Shown: positions 10,617 through 21,271 of the stretch, in pieces | How positions within the stretch are numbered: the first letter of the stretch is position 1 | How the letters are laid out: every line of letters starts with the position of its first letter | From: Saprolegnia diclina VS20 | Lineage: Eukaryota | DNA length: 46,894 nucleotides | NCBI RefSeq assembly: GCF_000281045.1 | Contig: NW_008246186.1 | Coordinates: forward strand, 71,460-118,353 | Reading direction: 5' to 3' | Made by a program: the position numbers and the translations under genes | The notes under the pieces: model-generated | Seen by the model: only the letters and a program-made list of their open reading frames with translations | What the model was told of the DNA's origin: nothing | Databases searched by the model: none

Positions 10617-12230
10617 ATGCAACGAGGAGGCAGCGCGTACGGACTCGATAAGGAGCTCGCGACCAAGGCGATGGCCAAGTACGATACGAACGCCGAGGCC
10701 GAAGCGCGCGACTGGATCGAAGCCATCACGGGCAAGGCCATTGGGCCCGACTTTGGCCTTGGCTTGAAGGACGGCGTGATCCTCTGCGAGCTCGCCAACG
10801 TCGTCGACCCGACGAGCCGCATCAAGATCTCGGCGTCGACAATGCCCTTCAAGCAGATGGAGAACGTCACGGCCTTCATCCGCGCCTGCCGCGGTATGGG
10901 CGTCATGGAGTTTGACTTGTTTGAGACTGTGGACCTATTCGAGCAAAAGGACCTCGGCGTCGTCGTGCGCTGCCTGCACGCGCTGGGCCGCACGCTGCAG
11001 AAGAAGGGCACGTACAACGGACCTCTTCTCGGCGTGAAGGAGTCGACGCGCAACGAACGCACGTTCACCGAGGCGCAGCTCGCCGAAGCGCGCCACGCGA
11101 CCTCGCTCCTCAACATGGGCAGCCAAGCGATCATGGAGCGCCCGAACATTGACGTCACGACCGGTGTGACCTTTGGCGCCGACTCGACGACCGACCTCCC
11201 GCCCGTCTCGTCGGGCTACTCGTCGCCGCCCACATCGTCGACCATTGCCGCGATCCCGACGATTCTGACCAAGAACGCCCAAGGCGCCTTCTCGTCCCCC
11301 GACAAGCCGCTGCAGCGCACGCCGTCCGCAAACAATGGCTCACCGACGAAAGCATCGTCCTCCGTGGCAGCCCGTTGGATGTCGGCAGCGCAGCCCAACA
11401 ACACGACGCCGACCCCGTCGGTGACGCCACCCAAGCAAACGCCAGCACCCGTCCAGCGCACCCCGTCGGCTCAGTCTGTCACACCGCCGAAGCAAGCCAC
11501 GCCGGCGCCTGTCCAGCGCATTCCGTCAACCCAGTCGGTGACGCCGCCCAAGCAAGCCACGCCGGTCCAAATCCGGGGCGGCGGCTACGGTCTGGATGCA
11601 GAGCTTGCGGCCAAGGCGGTCGTCAAGTACGACTATGCGCTGGAAGCCGACGTCAAGCAGTGGATTGAAGCCGTGACGCACCGGACGCTCGGCGAGTTTG
11701 GCCCGAGCCTCCAGAACGGCCAGGTGCTCTGCGTGCTCATCAACACACTGTACGCGATCTCGATGGCGGACGAGACGCCGATCAAGGTCGACGCGTCGTC
11801 GGTCGCGTTCAAGCAAATGCAAAACATCAAGCACTTTTTAGACGCGGCCAAGGCGATGGGCGTTGCATCTGTGGACGTTTTCGAGACGGTCGACCTCTTT
11901 GAGCTCAAGGACTTGGGCGCCGTCGTACGCTGCCTTCTGGCTCTGAACCGCGCCGTCGTCAAGAAGTTACCGGCGTACCCTGGCCCGGTGCTCACGGCTG
12001 TGGCCCCCGCCGCCGCTCCGTCGACACCGGCCAAGCCCGTTGCAACACCTATTGTTGCTACGCCGGCCGAGACACCGACGTCGTCGTGGACGGCCCCCGT
12101 GGCGTCGTCGTGGACGACACCGATCGCCAAGGCGCCCGAGACTCCGGCGGTCGAGACCAAGCCGGGCGTGAACGCAATGCTCCGCCACTCGTCCTCGAAA
12201 GGTCTTCCGACGCGAACCAACTGGCAGTAG
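10617..12230 (+). CDS. Transgelin/calponin-like actin-binding protein with two CH domains and a Pro/Thr/Ser-rich linker
   Basis: Intronless 537-aa ORF. Two modules YGLDxELAxKAxxKYD...WIEA.T...G.(I/V)LC.L.N...FKQM.N...F+.A....GV...D+FETVDLFE.KDLG.VVRCL.AL. The first is followed by a transgelin-like tail (ERTFTEAQL...LLNMGSQ). Confidence 0.92.
   Translation: MQRGGSAYGLDKELATKAMAKYDTNAEAEARDWIEAITGKAIGPDFGLGLKDGVILCELANVVDPTSRIKISASTMPFKQMENVTAFIRACRGMGVMEFDLFETVDLFEQKDLGVVVRCLHALGRTLQKKGTYNGPLLGVKESTRNERTFTEAQLAEARHATSLLNMGSQAIMERPNIDVTTGVTFGADSTTDLPPVSSGYSSPPTSSTIAAIPTILTKNAQGAFSSPDKPLQRTPSANNGSPTKASSSVAARWMSAAQPNNTTPTPSVTPPKQTPAPVQRTPSAQSVTPPKQATPAPVQRIPSTQSVTPPKQATPVQIRGGGYGLDAELAAKAVVKYDYALEADVKQWIEAVTHRTLGEFGPSLQNGQVLCVLINTLYAISMADETPIKVDASSVAFKQMQNIKHFLDAAKAMGVASVDVFETVDLFELKDLGAVVRCLLALNRAVVKKLPAYPGPVLTAVAPAAAPSTPAKPVATPIVATPAETPTSSWTAPVASSWTTPIAKAPETPAVETKPGVNAMLRHSSSKGLPTRTNWQ
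11418..11570 (+). repeat. Coding tandem repeat SVTPPKQ(A)TPAPVQRxPS, about 2.6 copies of 57-60 bp
   Basis: SVTPPKQTPAPVQRTPSAQ / SVTPPKQATPAPVQRIPSTQ / SVTPPKQATPVQ in the inter-CH linker. Confidence 0.9.
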
Positions 12231-13118
12231 CGTGTGGTTGTCTGGAATTATTTCTAATACTATTGTGATGGATCCGAAAACCAGTCTCGCACGTCACCAG
12301 ACTGTCGTCGACTCCAACTGGCGCGGCTGGGTCAGTTCCCAGATCATGGCTGGTCGATCTCCAAGCCATACTCGATGTCCGTCTCATCGACGATACACTG
12401 TTGAGAGAGATAGCTCTGGAGCGAGAAATCCAAGTTCTTATTGTTAGAGATGGAGCGAGACCGTTCGTCACAGACCAAATGACCACCGAGAGTCTCTCCT
12501 GCTCATGCTGTAGTGACGCAGCTTGAGTGGCTCCTATGTTATCGCGGCTGTCGTTTGCGTCGATGATGGTCCAGACTGTACCTTGCGTGACTCCTTCACT
12601 ATCCTCGCTGTCGCATGTTGACCAAGCAACAAGACGCGGTTATCGGTGAATTGGATGCGCCGATCCCATCAAGAGCCGTGTAGTAGAAGCCCTGTACGTG
12701 GCAAGTGGGTGCGTCAACGCTGTTCGTAAGGCGTTGCGAGTACGTACCCTACCCCTCGCCAACAAATCAGCGAGCCCACGAGCTCTGTCGACCTCGCCAA
12801 CGGAAACGACTTCGAATGCGTTTAGCCAAGCGAACGAAAGTGACGTGGCATGCCGCAGTGCTCTTGACGCCCCGTCAACCGAGCATTGCAGTGTCGGACA
12901 GAAAACAAATATATATTTGCCCTTGCCCAGACAGTAGTCGAGTCCAATCGAATCGGAGCAGTACAACGGTAGCACACGGGCATTGCTGTTGCTTTTCATC
13001 AAAGAATGCTGTACTCATATCGATTTGTTGCGGCCGTTTAAATAGCTTGGTCGAAGTTTGGGGCCAGCGACCAAGCCGATCAGCACGGGTCCCACGACCG
13101 TCGGCGCTGCCTTACGCC

Positions 13119-13134
13119 ACTCACTTTCCAATTC
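13119..13134 (+). promoter_or_regulatory. INR+FPR core promoter
   Basis: ACTCACTTTCCAATTC ending 17 nt before ATG 13151. Confidence 0.6.
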
Positions 13135-13150
13135 ATCGAGTCCAATAATC

Positions 13151-13813
13151 ATGCATCGGGTTCTCAGCCTGCTCGTTCTCTCGGTCGTCGCCGTCTCGGC
13201 CGAGCACCCCGCCACGGGGACCCCGGACCAGTCGGGCAGCCAGCACACGATCCCGTCTGGCAGCGGCAACGGCTTTCCCGACGTCGACACCCCCCACGCT
13301 GGCAACGAGTCAGACCATGACGAGCTCCGCCTCTTTGAACTCAACCACTTCAACGGCTCGGAAGACCGCCCCCATGGCCCCTTCAACGGCTCGGACGTCC
13401 GTCCGCACTTCAACTTCAACAGCTCTGACGACCACCCGCATTTCGTCTTCAACAGCACCTATGGTCGTCCGCACTTCAACTTCAACGGCTCGGATGTCCG
13501 CCGTCATGGCCCCGGCAATGCTTCCGACGACCGCCCTTTTGGACGCGGCAATGGCTCTGACGACCACCCGCATTTCGTCTTCAACAGCACCGATGGTCGT
13601 CCGCACCTTCCGTTCAACGGCTCGGATGGTCGTCCGCAGTGGCACCCGCACGGTCGCTGGAACAGCTCGGAGTTCGATCACCAAGGCCATCACTTCAACG
13701 GGTCAACGAACGGCCGCCCCATCGACGGCTTCAACGCGTCCGACGCGCCGCAGCACGGAAGCTTCCAAGCCTCTCTGCGCGGTTCCCGCTCGTCGAGTGG
13801 GAGCGACGAGTAA
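13151..13813 (+). CDS. Secreted His/Phe/Asn/Gly-rich repeat glycoprotein (220 aa)
   Basis: Signal peptide MHRVLSLLVLSVVAVSA followed by about 12 repeats of roughly 11 aa, FN(G/S)SDxRPHxx. GC3-rich codons, no Cys, TAA at 13811-13813. Confidence 0.85.
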   Translation: MHRVLSLLVLSVVAVSAEHPATGTPDQSGSQHTIPSGSGNGFPDVDTPHAGNESDHDELRLFELNHFNGSEDRPHGPFNGSDVRPHFNFNSSDDHPHFVFNSTYGRPHFNFNGSDVRRHGPGNASDDRPFGRGNGSDDHPHFVFNSTDGRPHLPFNGSDGRPQWHPHGRWNSSEFDHQGHHFNGSTNGRPIDGFNASDAPQHGSFQASLRGSRSSSGSDE

Positions 13814-13972
13814 GTGAGCACCGTCCTTCCATGGCAGCTGCTATTGTTTGCCTGAAGTTACTACGTCTTCGATGACGATGAGCGATAACTCGGAACAATT
13901 CACAATATGTTTACACGAGATGATCTCGTCGAGAGATTAGTTGGTTTTGATAGAAATGCAGCGCCTCGTGAC

Positions 13973-16583
13973 TTAGGCGTCCTTGGGCACGGGCAAAAGC
14001 GCCTGGTCGAGCTTGGCGAGCGTCTCGAGCAGCTTCTCGTACAGCGCCGTGTTCTCGCACTCGACGCGGTCGTGCGGCTGTTTCTCAAAGTAGTGGATAC
14101 TGGCCATGGCCCCGCTCGGCGTGATGATCGAGATCACGTTCGTCGCGTGGTCGAGCTCCACCTGGCCGTACTGGTCCTTGAGAACGCGGTAGACCAAGAT
14201 GAGCTGGAGGGCCTCCAGGTCGCCTTCGTCCGCGAGCGTCTCGACCGCCGCCTGCAACCCCTCGTCTTCAATCACATCGGCTTCGAGCGGCTCGACGCCT
14301 TCCTCGACCTTGACCGCCTCGTCCGATGCCTCGCTCGTCTTGGGGCGGTGGTCGTGCTTGCACGCCGCGTGGGGGTGCATGCTAATCTGCAGCACACATA
14401 TCAGCTCTTAGTCGTCGGCATCGAGAGTTGCGTACCTTGAAGCTCGCGGGACTCGCCTGCGCGTGCATGGTCAGCGCGACCACCGAGTCGGCAATCATGT
14501 CGGCTGTCGGCTCGGCGCTCCACTCGATGAGCACCTTCTCCGGCGGGCAGTGCGTCACCATGACTTGTCCGTTGACGACGACCGTGTCGGCCGTCACAGT
14601 TACGTCCGCGTACATTTGCTGGATCATGGCCACGAGCACGTCAAACGGCTGGTGCACAAAGGGCACTACACGCTCTCTGTGAGCCCCACAAGGATGATGT
14701 GATGTCGGTACCGTGCTGGCGCTGGGCGATCGTGCCGACGAGCAAGTTGGACGTGTACTGCGCGAGGTCGTCCTTCTCCATGATGTGCGTGTGAAAGTCG
14801 TGCTCGACGAGGAGACCGCTGATCGGGATCTTCTTGTCGACGGCCTTGAGCTTTTGGTGGCCGGCAATCGTGGTCGCCATCCTACATGACACGTTGACCA
14901 TCATGCTGACGAGACGAGTCGACCGTACGTGCCAATGGCCTTGGCCATCTTCTCGCCGCGAAACTCGAGCACAATCTCTTGCGTGTTGGCCGGCGTGTGG
15001 ATCGTCGGCGCGTACACCTTGGGGTTGTGAAACTTCTTGTGCAACGCCGACTTGAGACGCATCATTTCATTCTTCTCGCCGTGGACGAGCACAATGTTGG
15101 GGGGCGCCACCTACGTAGCAATGTATTAGTCGTACTACAGAGCAGAGATCGACTAAGTACCTTTTCGATAAAGCCCGACGTGCCCACAAAGTCGGCGTGG
15201 GCCGAAAAACTAATGTACTCGACCGAGCAGTTCATCGGGAGGAGGCGACCGTCCATGGCTGTGATTTCCGTCGGCTCGGACAAGATCTTTTTGGCCAGCG
15301 TGCCCTCGACCACGTAGCCTACAAACTGAGCATTTTGGTTCTGTGTACAAAGGTGTACCTGGAATCAAGCACGCGTTGCGCTTGTCCGTGCACCACCGCT
15401 CAAAGAGCTGGCGCGAGACGCCCGATTGCAGCATACCTAGACCGTCGTTATCGTCTTTGACTGGGAGGCGAAGAAAGGACGTACCCGGCGAAGCCATGAC
15501 GACACTCGGGCCCGAGTCGTCGAAATCCTCGAGGCTCTTGAGGTTGTGGATGTGCTCAAACTGAAACGGGTTGGAGATTGAGATTTGCTTGCGGATGCGG
15601 TCGTTCATCATGTTGATGTACGTCTGGTACACGCGCAGCGCCTTGGCCGCGAGCTTGGAGGCAAAGTAGATGGGCACGCCGTGCAGATCCGGGTGTTGCT
15701 GCCAGTGCTCGTCGAGGATCAGCAGCAGCTCCTGCGTCCGGCCCAGCGCAAAGACTGGGATCAAGCAGCGCCCGCCACGACGGACAACCGACTCGACCTG
15801 GCCCGTGAAGCGGCCCTCGCGTTCAAAGACGCTCTGGTGCACCTGCACGCCGTACGTCGACTCGACAATGAGCACGTCGGGCGAGACGCCGGGGATTTCG
15901 GCGGCTACATATGCATCATGAGCTCGTTGGTCGTCAAGGAAGAAGACGCGTACCCATGAGATGGCGGTCGTTCTCGAGCGAGTAGTCGCCCGTGTACAGG
16001 ACCTTGACGCCACCAATCTCGATGAGAAACATGCACGCGCCGAGCACATGGCCCGCGTTGTACGGCGTGAACTTGATGCCGTTAAACATCTTTTCCTGGT
16101 GAAAGTCGATGATCTCGACCTTGGCGACGCAGTTGGCGAGGTCGCGGTCGTCGTAGATCTGGTCGTCGACGCTAATGTTGGAGACGCGGAGGAAGTCGCG
16201 CAGCATCATCTGCATGACGGCTTTCGTCGGGTGCGTCATGAAGATCTTGCCCTTAAAGTTGGTCTTCTCCGTAAAGTGCGGCAGCGCGGCCACGTGGTCA
16301 ATGTGGAAGTGCGTGATGAGGAGCAAGTCGATCTCTTCGGCCTCGATCGAGTCGAAGAACGGCAGCGACCCATGCCCCGAGTAGCCCTAGCGTCCGCATG
16401 AGTCCACGGGTCGGCGCATGCAGCATGGCCTACCGGGTGGACGCCGCAGTCGAGCATGATGGTCTTGCCCTGGAACTTGAGGATGATGCACGAGCGGCCG
16501 ACCTCATTGCCCGCGCCCAGTGGCATGATGCGCATGACATGGCGCTCGTCCACGATGTCGGTCTCGCCCTTGCGCTTCGCCAT
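13973..16583 (-). CDS. CPSF3: Cleavage and polyadenylation specificity factor subunit 3 (CPSF73/YSH1) endonuclease; 9 exons
   Basis: [22 protein letters not shown], metallo-beta-lactamase motif THFHIDH, AGHVLGA, YTGDYS, ESTYG, beta-[22 protein letters not shown] and LVHGE. Introns 16387-16433, 15905-15953, 15437-15484, 15319-15358, 15111-15160, 14882-14928, 14666-14711, 14387-14435. Confidence 0.96.
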
Positions 16584-17549
16584 GGCAGCCACGGATATTC
16601 GGATTTGAGTTTCGACTTGGAGTGTATGCGTTGTGAGAGGTTCCGGCCAATATCTGATGTCAATGCCATCCCAATCAGCAATCAACTGGTCACAGCGGGT
16701 CCCGCCATCATGCGACGGCCATCGCACTGGCCATCGGCGCCGACCTCTCGATGACCGACAGCGAGCGTACGCGACCTCTTGGCTGGCGTACGTAGCAAGC
16801 AGGAGACGCATGCGGATGACGTATTCGGTCGACATTGCCCTTGGTGCCTGGTCAGTTGATTGCCGGACTCGCCGCCTCGTCGCAGCATGGTGTCGCGTAC
16901 CGTAGAGGGCGACGGAAGCAAGGAGCAAGCGACCTTGTAGTGCAGTCGGTGGCTGGCACTACGAGTAGCCGTTCCCGCCACAGGCCGTGCTTCCCTGGCC
17001 CCGACCAGGCTCCGAGCAAGCCGGACTGGCCTTGCACGCGGCTCCTCCTCTTGGTCTACCGGGCCGAGGTTCAACGAGTGGCCAACTTGGCGTTCGAATA
17101 TGCGGTATATACACTGCATTACTGGCCCTATACGTGGCATAGCACTCGGGCTCTCTGTGCCAACACTCCCTCCTCCTACCCTCCTCCTTGCGGACAAGCC
17201 ACGGTGGGCCTTTTGCCCGTCCTCGTGTCGCCGCTCGTGGTCAAGTGATAGGTGATGGGCGACTCGGCTCCGCGATACGAGTCGCTACGTACCAGGTATA
17301 GCTAGCGATCAACTTGGATGTAATCGGCATCGCTCGCCTCCATGACGCTGTGGTAGCCACATGTGTCGACCACCTGTCGCACTGGAGGAGGTCAGTCGGA
17401 GGCGCCAAGATCACACTGCAAACACGGCGTCTGTCAAGTCGCCAGCTGGAGTGGACCCAGTGATGGGACGTGCGAAAGAACGAGTGGTCAGTCGCCTTGG
17501 AAGGCCACACCACGTGTGGTGTCATTTTGGTATTCTCGATTCGACGACG

Positions 17550-18074
17550 ATGGAATGCATTTTCCGAGACTGTGTCGCGCCCGCCGTACCGTTTACGACC
17601 AAGTGCCAGTACCACCGCAACCGCGCCAAGTGCCGCGTCGCGGGCTGCTGCAACCAAGTGTACGCGCGGCACCTCTGCGTCTCGCACGGCGGTCGGCGGC
17701 GCTGCCAGTTCCCAGAGTGCCGCGCCAACGCCCGCCTCGGGCTCTTTTGCACGCAGCACGGTGGCAAGAAGCAGCGCTGCCAAGAGCCGGGCTGCACGAG
17801 CCTCGCGCATGCCAAGGGCAAGTGTGTGCGCCACGGCGGCCGCCGACCGTGCAGCGCCGACGGCTGCCTCACCCATGCGCGCAAGGGTGGCTACTGCTGG
17901 CGCCACCGCGACCTCTCCGAGTCGATGATGGCACCGGCGACCGACGACGCGTTTGCACCGTGGGGCCTCTTCGAAGGGCCGCCGTCGACCGAGATTGACG
18001 GGCTCGACTATGCGATTCTGCAGACGCTGCTCGTGAGCCCCGACGCGACGCCGGCGCTGCACGTGCCCAACTAG
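17550..18074 (+). CDS. CVRHGGG-type Cys3His zinc-finger repeat protein (WRKY19-like finger, no WRKY domain), paralog 1
   Basis: MECIFRDC...; five C-x4-C-x9/10-C-x2-H units; tail LDYAILQTLL; INR-like TCATTTT at 17522. Confidence 0.88.
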   Translation: MECIFRDCVAPAVPFTTKCQYHRNRAKCRVAGCCNQVYARHLCVSHGGRRRCQFPECRANARLGLFCTQHGGKKQRCQEPGCTSLAHAKGKCVRHGGRRPCSADGCLTHARKGGYCWRHRDLSESMMAPATDDAFAPWGLFEGPPSTEIDGLDYAILQTLLVSPDATPALHVPN

Positions 18075-19451
18075 TCGTTTGTGTGCGGTTTTCCATAATT
18101 TAAATTGAACGTAGCTGCATGTTTACGCACCCGAGGTCTAGGATACTGGACCCGAATCGTGACAGGTTGCTGACCACTTGCTGATCGGCGCTGTCGACAG
18201 ACCCAAACCTCAGAGTGTGCCTCCTTCCAAAGACGTTCTTGCTTGGTACCTTGGACGTCGACTACTTCTCTCGGTAGTCGAACAACGGCAGGTGTATCCT
18301 GGTCAGCTTGCGATACTGTACCAACACTGCGTAGCGGATATTCTTCTGCCCCGAAACCCGTTGCACTGACGTTCCGTGCCTGACACGACAGTATAGCTAG
18401 TATATTCGCCAGGAATAGCCACTTCCCATTGCGTCGAGAAGCCAAGTGCGAACCAACGCGCGACGTCACGAGCCTCTGGTCGCCAGCAACCGATGAGAAT
18501 CGCGTGCGCGCACACCACATGGAGCGCCTGGGGCTACGAATAATCCTCCCAGTCAGTGTCTGGGCCAAAGTTGTCAAGTCGTTTGGGCCCTTGCATCGTC
18601 ACGGCGTACCAGGACACGTCCAGTGACCGCCAATATTTGCCGCCAGCTCTGCAGGCCGACGCGAACATCGACCGGCCATGTCGAGTTGTCGGTCCCACGG
18701 TCAACTTAATATTTTATTGAAGTTTCCAGTCGAGCTCCTAGGCGAGAACATGCACTACCTGGTATCTACTACATAGATCCGACATAGTCAACGCCATTTC
18801 AGCAGATTACGAAAGGCGAGTTTGCATCACAAGGTACTAACTACATAAATCGTCCTGGAACGCCTCGGGAGTTCACAGTGTATACGTACTTGCGGTAAGT
18901 ACTTAGCGCGCCGCTACTGAGCGCCATTCGACGTGGCCCGTACGACGACTAGACGCGATTTGCGCACAATAATTGAGCGCTGCCACGTCGACGGCGTGGC
19001 ATGCCAACGACCTCGTCATGCGCACAACCAAATGAACCGTGGGACTCGGTAACTGGTCTGTCCTGCGTCGTAGCGCACGGTGCGTTGCGCATGGCCATTA
19101 GACGCTTGCTGATAGAAGCGGCGGAGTGTCCACGGGGCAAAGACGCCAAGCTAATCAGTACGCCAACGCCGCATCCAAAGTACTTGATAGCCTTCTCAGT
19201 GCTTAGGTGTCGCCACGATCCGTGTCATGAGCCGACGCGTGCATTGCAGTCCCACAGCGCCACCAAGCGAACTAGTCATATCATTTTGGAGGCAAATGCA
19301 TTGCTTGGAGTGGGACCGCGCCCACGACCCGTGCCGCGAGTACTACGCAAGTACTTGGCGACGGACGATGCGTCATGCGTTCTCTACTTGTACGCGAACG
19401 TCGATCTTGGTGGCATTGCTAGGTGCATTTTTCAATCGACTACCCGACGAC

Positions 19452-19988
19452 ATGATGCCAATCGAGTGCTGCTTTCATGGCTGTGCGAGTCCGGTGGTGT
19501 CGGGCTCGATCAAGTGCCGCCTGCACCGTCATCGACTCACGTGCGCCCACGAGTGCTGCGGCAACCAAGTGTACGCACGCGGCTACTGCGTCCGGCACGG
19601 CGGCAAGCGCACATGCAGCGTCGACGGCTGCGATGCGAATGCTCGTGCTATGGGCTTCTGCTCGCGCCATGCAGTACACTCGACAAAGAAGCCGTGTGTC
19701 GAACCCAACTGCGTCAACTTTGCACACGCCAACCAGCGCTGCGTGCGCCACGGCGGCGGCCGTAAGTGCAAACTCATGCACTGCAGCACGGTGGCGCGCA
19801 TTGCAGGCTTTTGTCAGCGCCACGCCAAGCTCTTGCAACCAAAGTTAACCAGTGTCGCTCCCCGTCTCGCCGACGACGTCGGTGCTGCCAATGATGCCTT
19901 GCGGCACTTGAATGATCTCGATGACCTCGATGCCTCGATTTTAGACTGTGTCTTGAGCTGCACGCGGGCGTTTGCTCAACCGTCGTAA
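19452..19988 (+). CDS. CVRHGGG-type zinc-finger repeat protein, paralog 2
   Basis: MMPIECCFHGC...; five fingers including NQVYARGYCVRHGG and ANQRCVRHGGG; tail LDASILDCVL. Confidence 0.88.
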   Translation: MMPIECCFHGCASPVVSGSIKCRLHRHRLTCAHECCGNQVYARGYCVRHGGKRTCSVDGCDANARAMGFCSRHAVHSTKKPCVEPNCVNFAHANQRCVRHGGGRKCKLMHCSTVARIAGFCQRHAKLLQPKLTSVAPRLADDVGAANDALRHLNDLDDLDASILDCVLSCTRAFAQPS

Positions 19989-20685
19989 CGTCGTGGGTAA
20001 CTTCGATCCAACTTTAAGAAAACGGTATTGCTTTGGAGTGTCTGAACTAGTTACTAGAAGCATGAATGCAAGGGTATCTAACATGTAGATCTCTTGTATG
20101 CCCTTGATAAGTGTGAGCTTGAAGGCGTGTTTGGACGCCGCTACTGGGACGCGCTTCGAGATTCGCAATGCTTTAACCCTCCCACACCCGATGGCCTATT
20201 TAAAGCGATACTTGATCGGTTGAACGGTCCAAGCCCAGTCTATATGTATACTAGTACTAAATACGCTGTGAAGACAGCGCACGTCGTCATTTCGTTTTTG
20301 GTTTTGTGATCATTGTGGAGTGGTGCGATTCCAAGAAGTGGCAGAAGTTTTTTGCGCAGAAGGAGCAGAACAACAGAAGGAGAGAAGAGGAAAGGGATAG
20401 AACGACGAAGAGGCCACGACAAGCCGAGCAGAAGAGCCATTTCCGATTTGATCCTCTTACGAGTAAGCGATCCCGCCACGCCACTCATAAAAACGGCAGC
20501 CAGTGCCTAGAAACTCTTGCCCCCAGCACTTCAAGCTCGGCGTTCGAGAAGCGAAATGGCACAGCAAGGCATTACACCGCGTGGCGGACCCAACACGAAC
20601 CAAAAGTAACCGAAGAGTGTACGACGCGACCAGGCATCGAGTGGTGAGGTAGTAAATTATTTTGTATACAATAAAGGGTCTAAAT

Positions 20686-21228
20686 TTATGCCAAGAACGG
20701 TCGCGTCGAGTCCAAGACGCACTCAAGGATCGAGTCGTCGAGAGCTTCGTACGTCGTGTCCAAGTACACGTCGTTGGCGATCCACTCTTCGGTTTCCATG
20801 AGGGCCAATAGGTCGCAATCGAACGAACTCGGCTCCGAGAGCAGTTGCTTCGAGTGACGCTGGCAGTAGCCCGCGATACGTGCGAGGGTTTGGCACTCGT
20901 CGACCTTGCACTTGCGGCCACCGCCGTGGCGCACGCAGCGCTGGTTGGCGTGGGCAATGTTGGCGCAGTTGGGCTCAATGCACTGCTTCTTCGTGTTGGT
21001 GAGGCCGTGGCGGGAGCAGAGACCGCCCGTGCGGGCGTTCGCAGTGCAGTCGGCCACGAGGCACTGCTTCTTGCCGCCGTGGCGGACACAAAGGCCGCGG
21101 GCATAAACTTGGTTGAAGCAGTCTTCGATCGCGCAGCAAAGGCGGTTGCGGTGGAAGGCACACTTGTTCGTGTCCATCAAGGCGGGGCTGTCACAGCCGT
21201 TGAAGCAGCAGACCGAGGACGTGTTCAT
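20686..21228 (-). CDS. CVRHGGG-type zinc-finger repeat protein, paralog 3
   Basis: MNTSSVCCFNGC...; five fingers; tail LDDSILECVL. Confidence 0.9.
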   Translation of the reverse strand: MNTSSVCCFNGCDSPALMDTNKCAFHRNRLCCAIEDCFNQVYARGLCVRHGGKKQCLVADCTANARTGGLCSRHGLTNTKKQCIEPNCANIAHANQRCVRHGGGRKCKVDECQTLARIAGYCQRHSKQLLSEPSSFDCDLLALMETEEWIANDVYLDTTYEALDDSILECVLDSTRPFLA

Positions 21229-21255
21229 GTTGGGACGTCGTGTGCTTGTCAAAGT

Positions 21256-21271
21256 CAATTGTAGAATGAGC
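21256..21271 (-). promoter_or_regulatory. INR+FPR core promoter of paralog 3
   Basis: Minus strand reads GCTCATTCTACAATTG, ending 28 nt upstream of the ATG. Confidence 0.65.

Noticed and set aside
6000..16401. Long antisense and alternate-frame ORFs (e.g. 6000-7010+, 6868-7908+, 9031-10155-, 15961-16401+)
   Set aside because: They shadow real genes on the opposite strand. High GC3 codon bias suppresses stops and they show no independent motifs.
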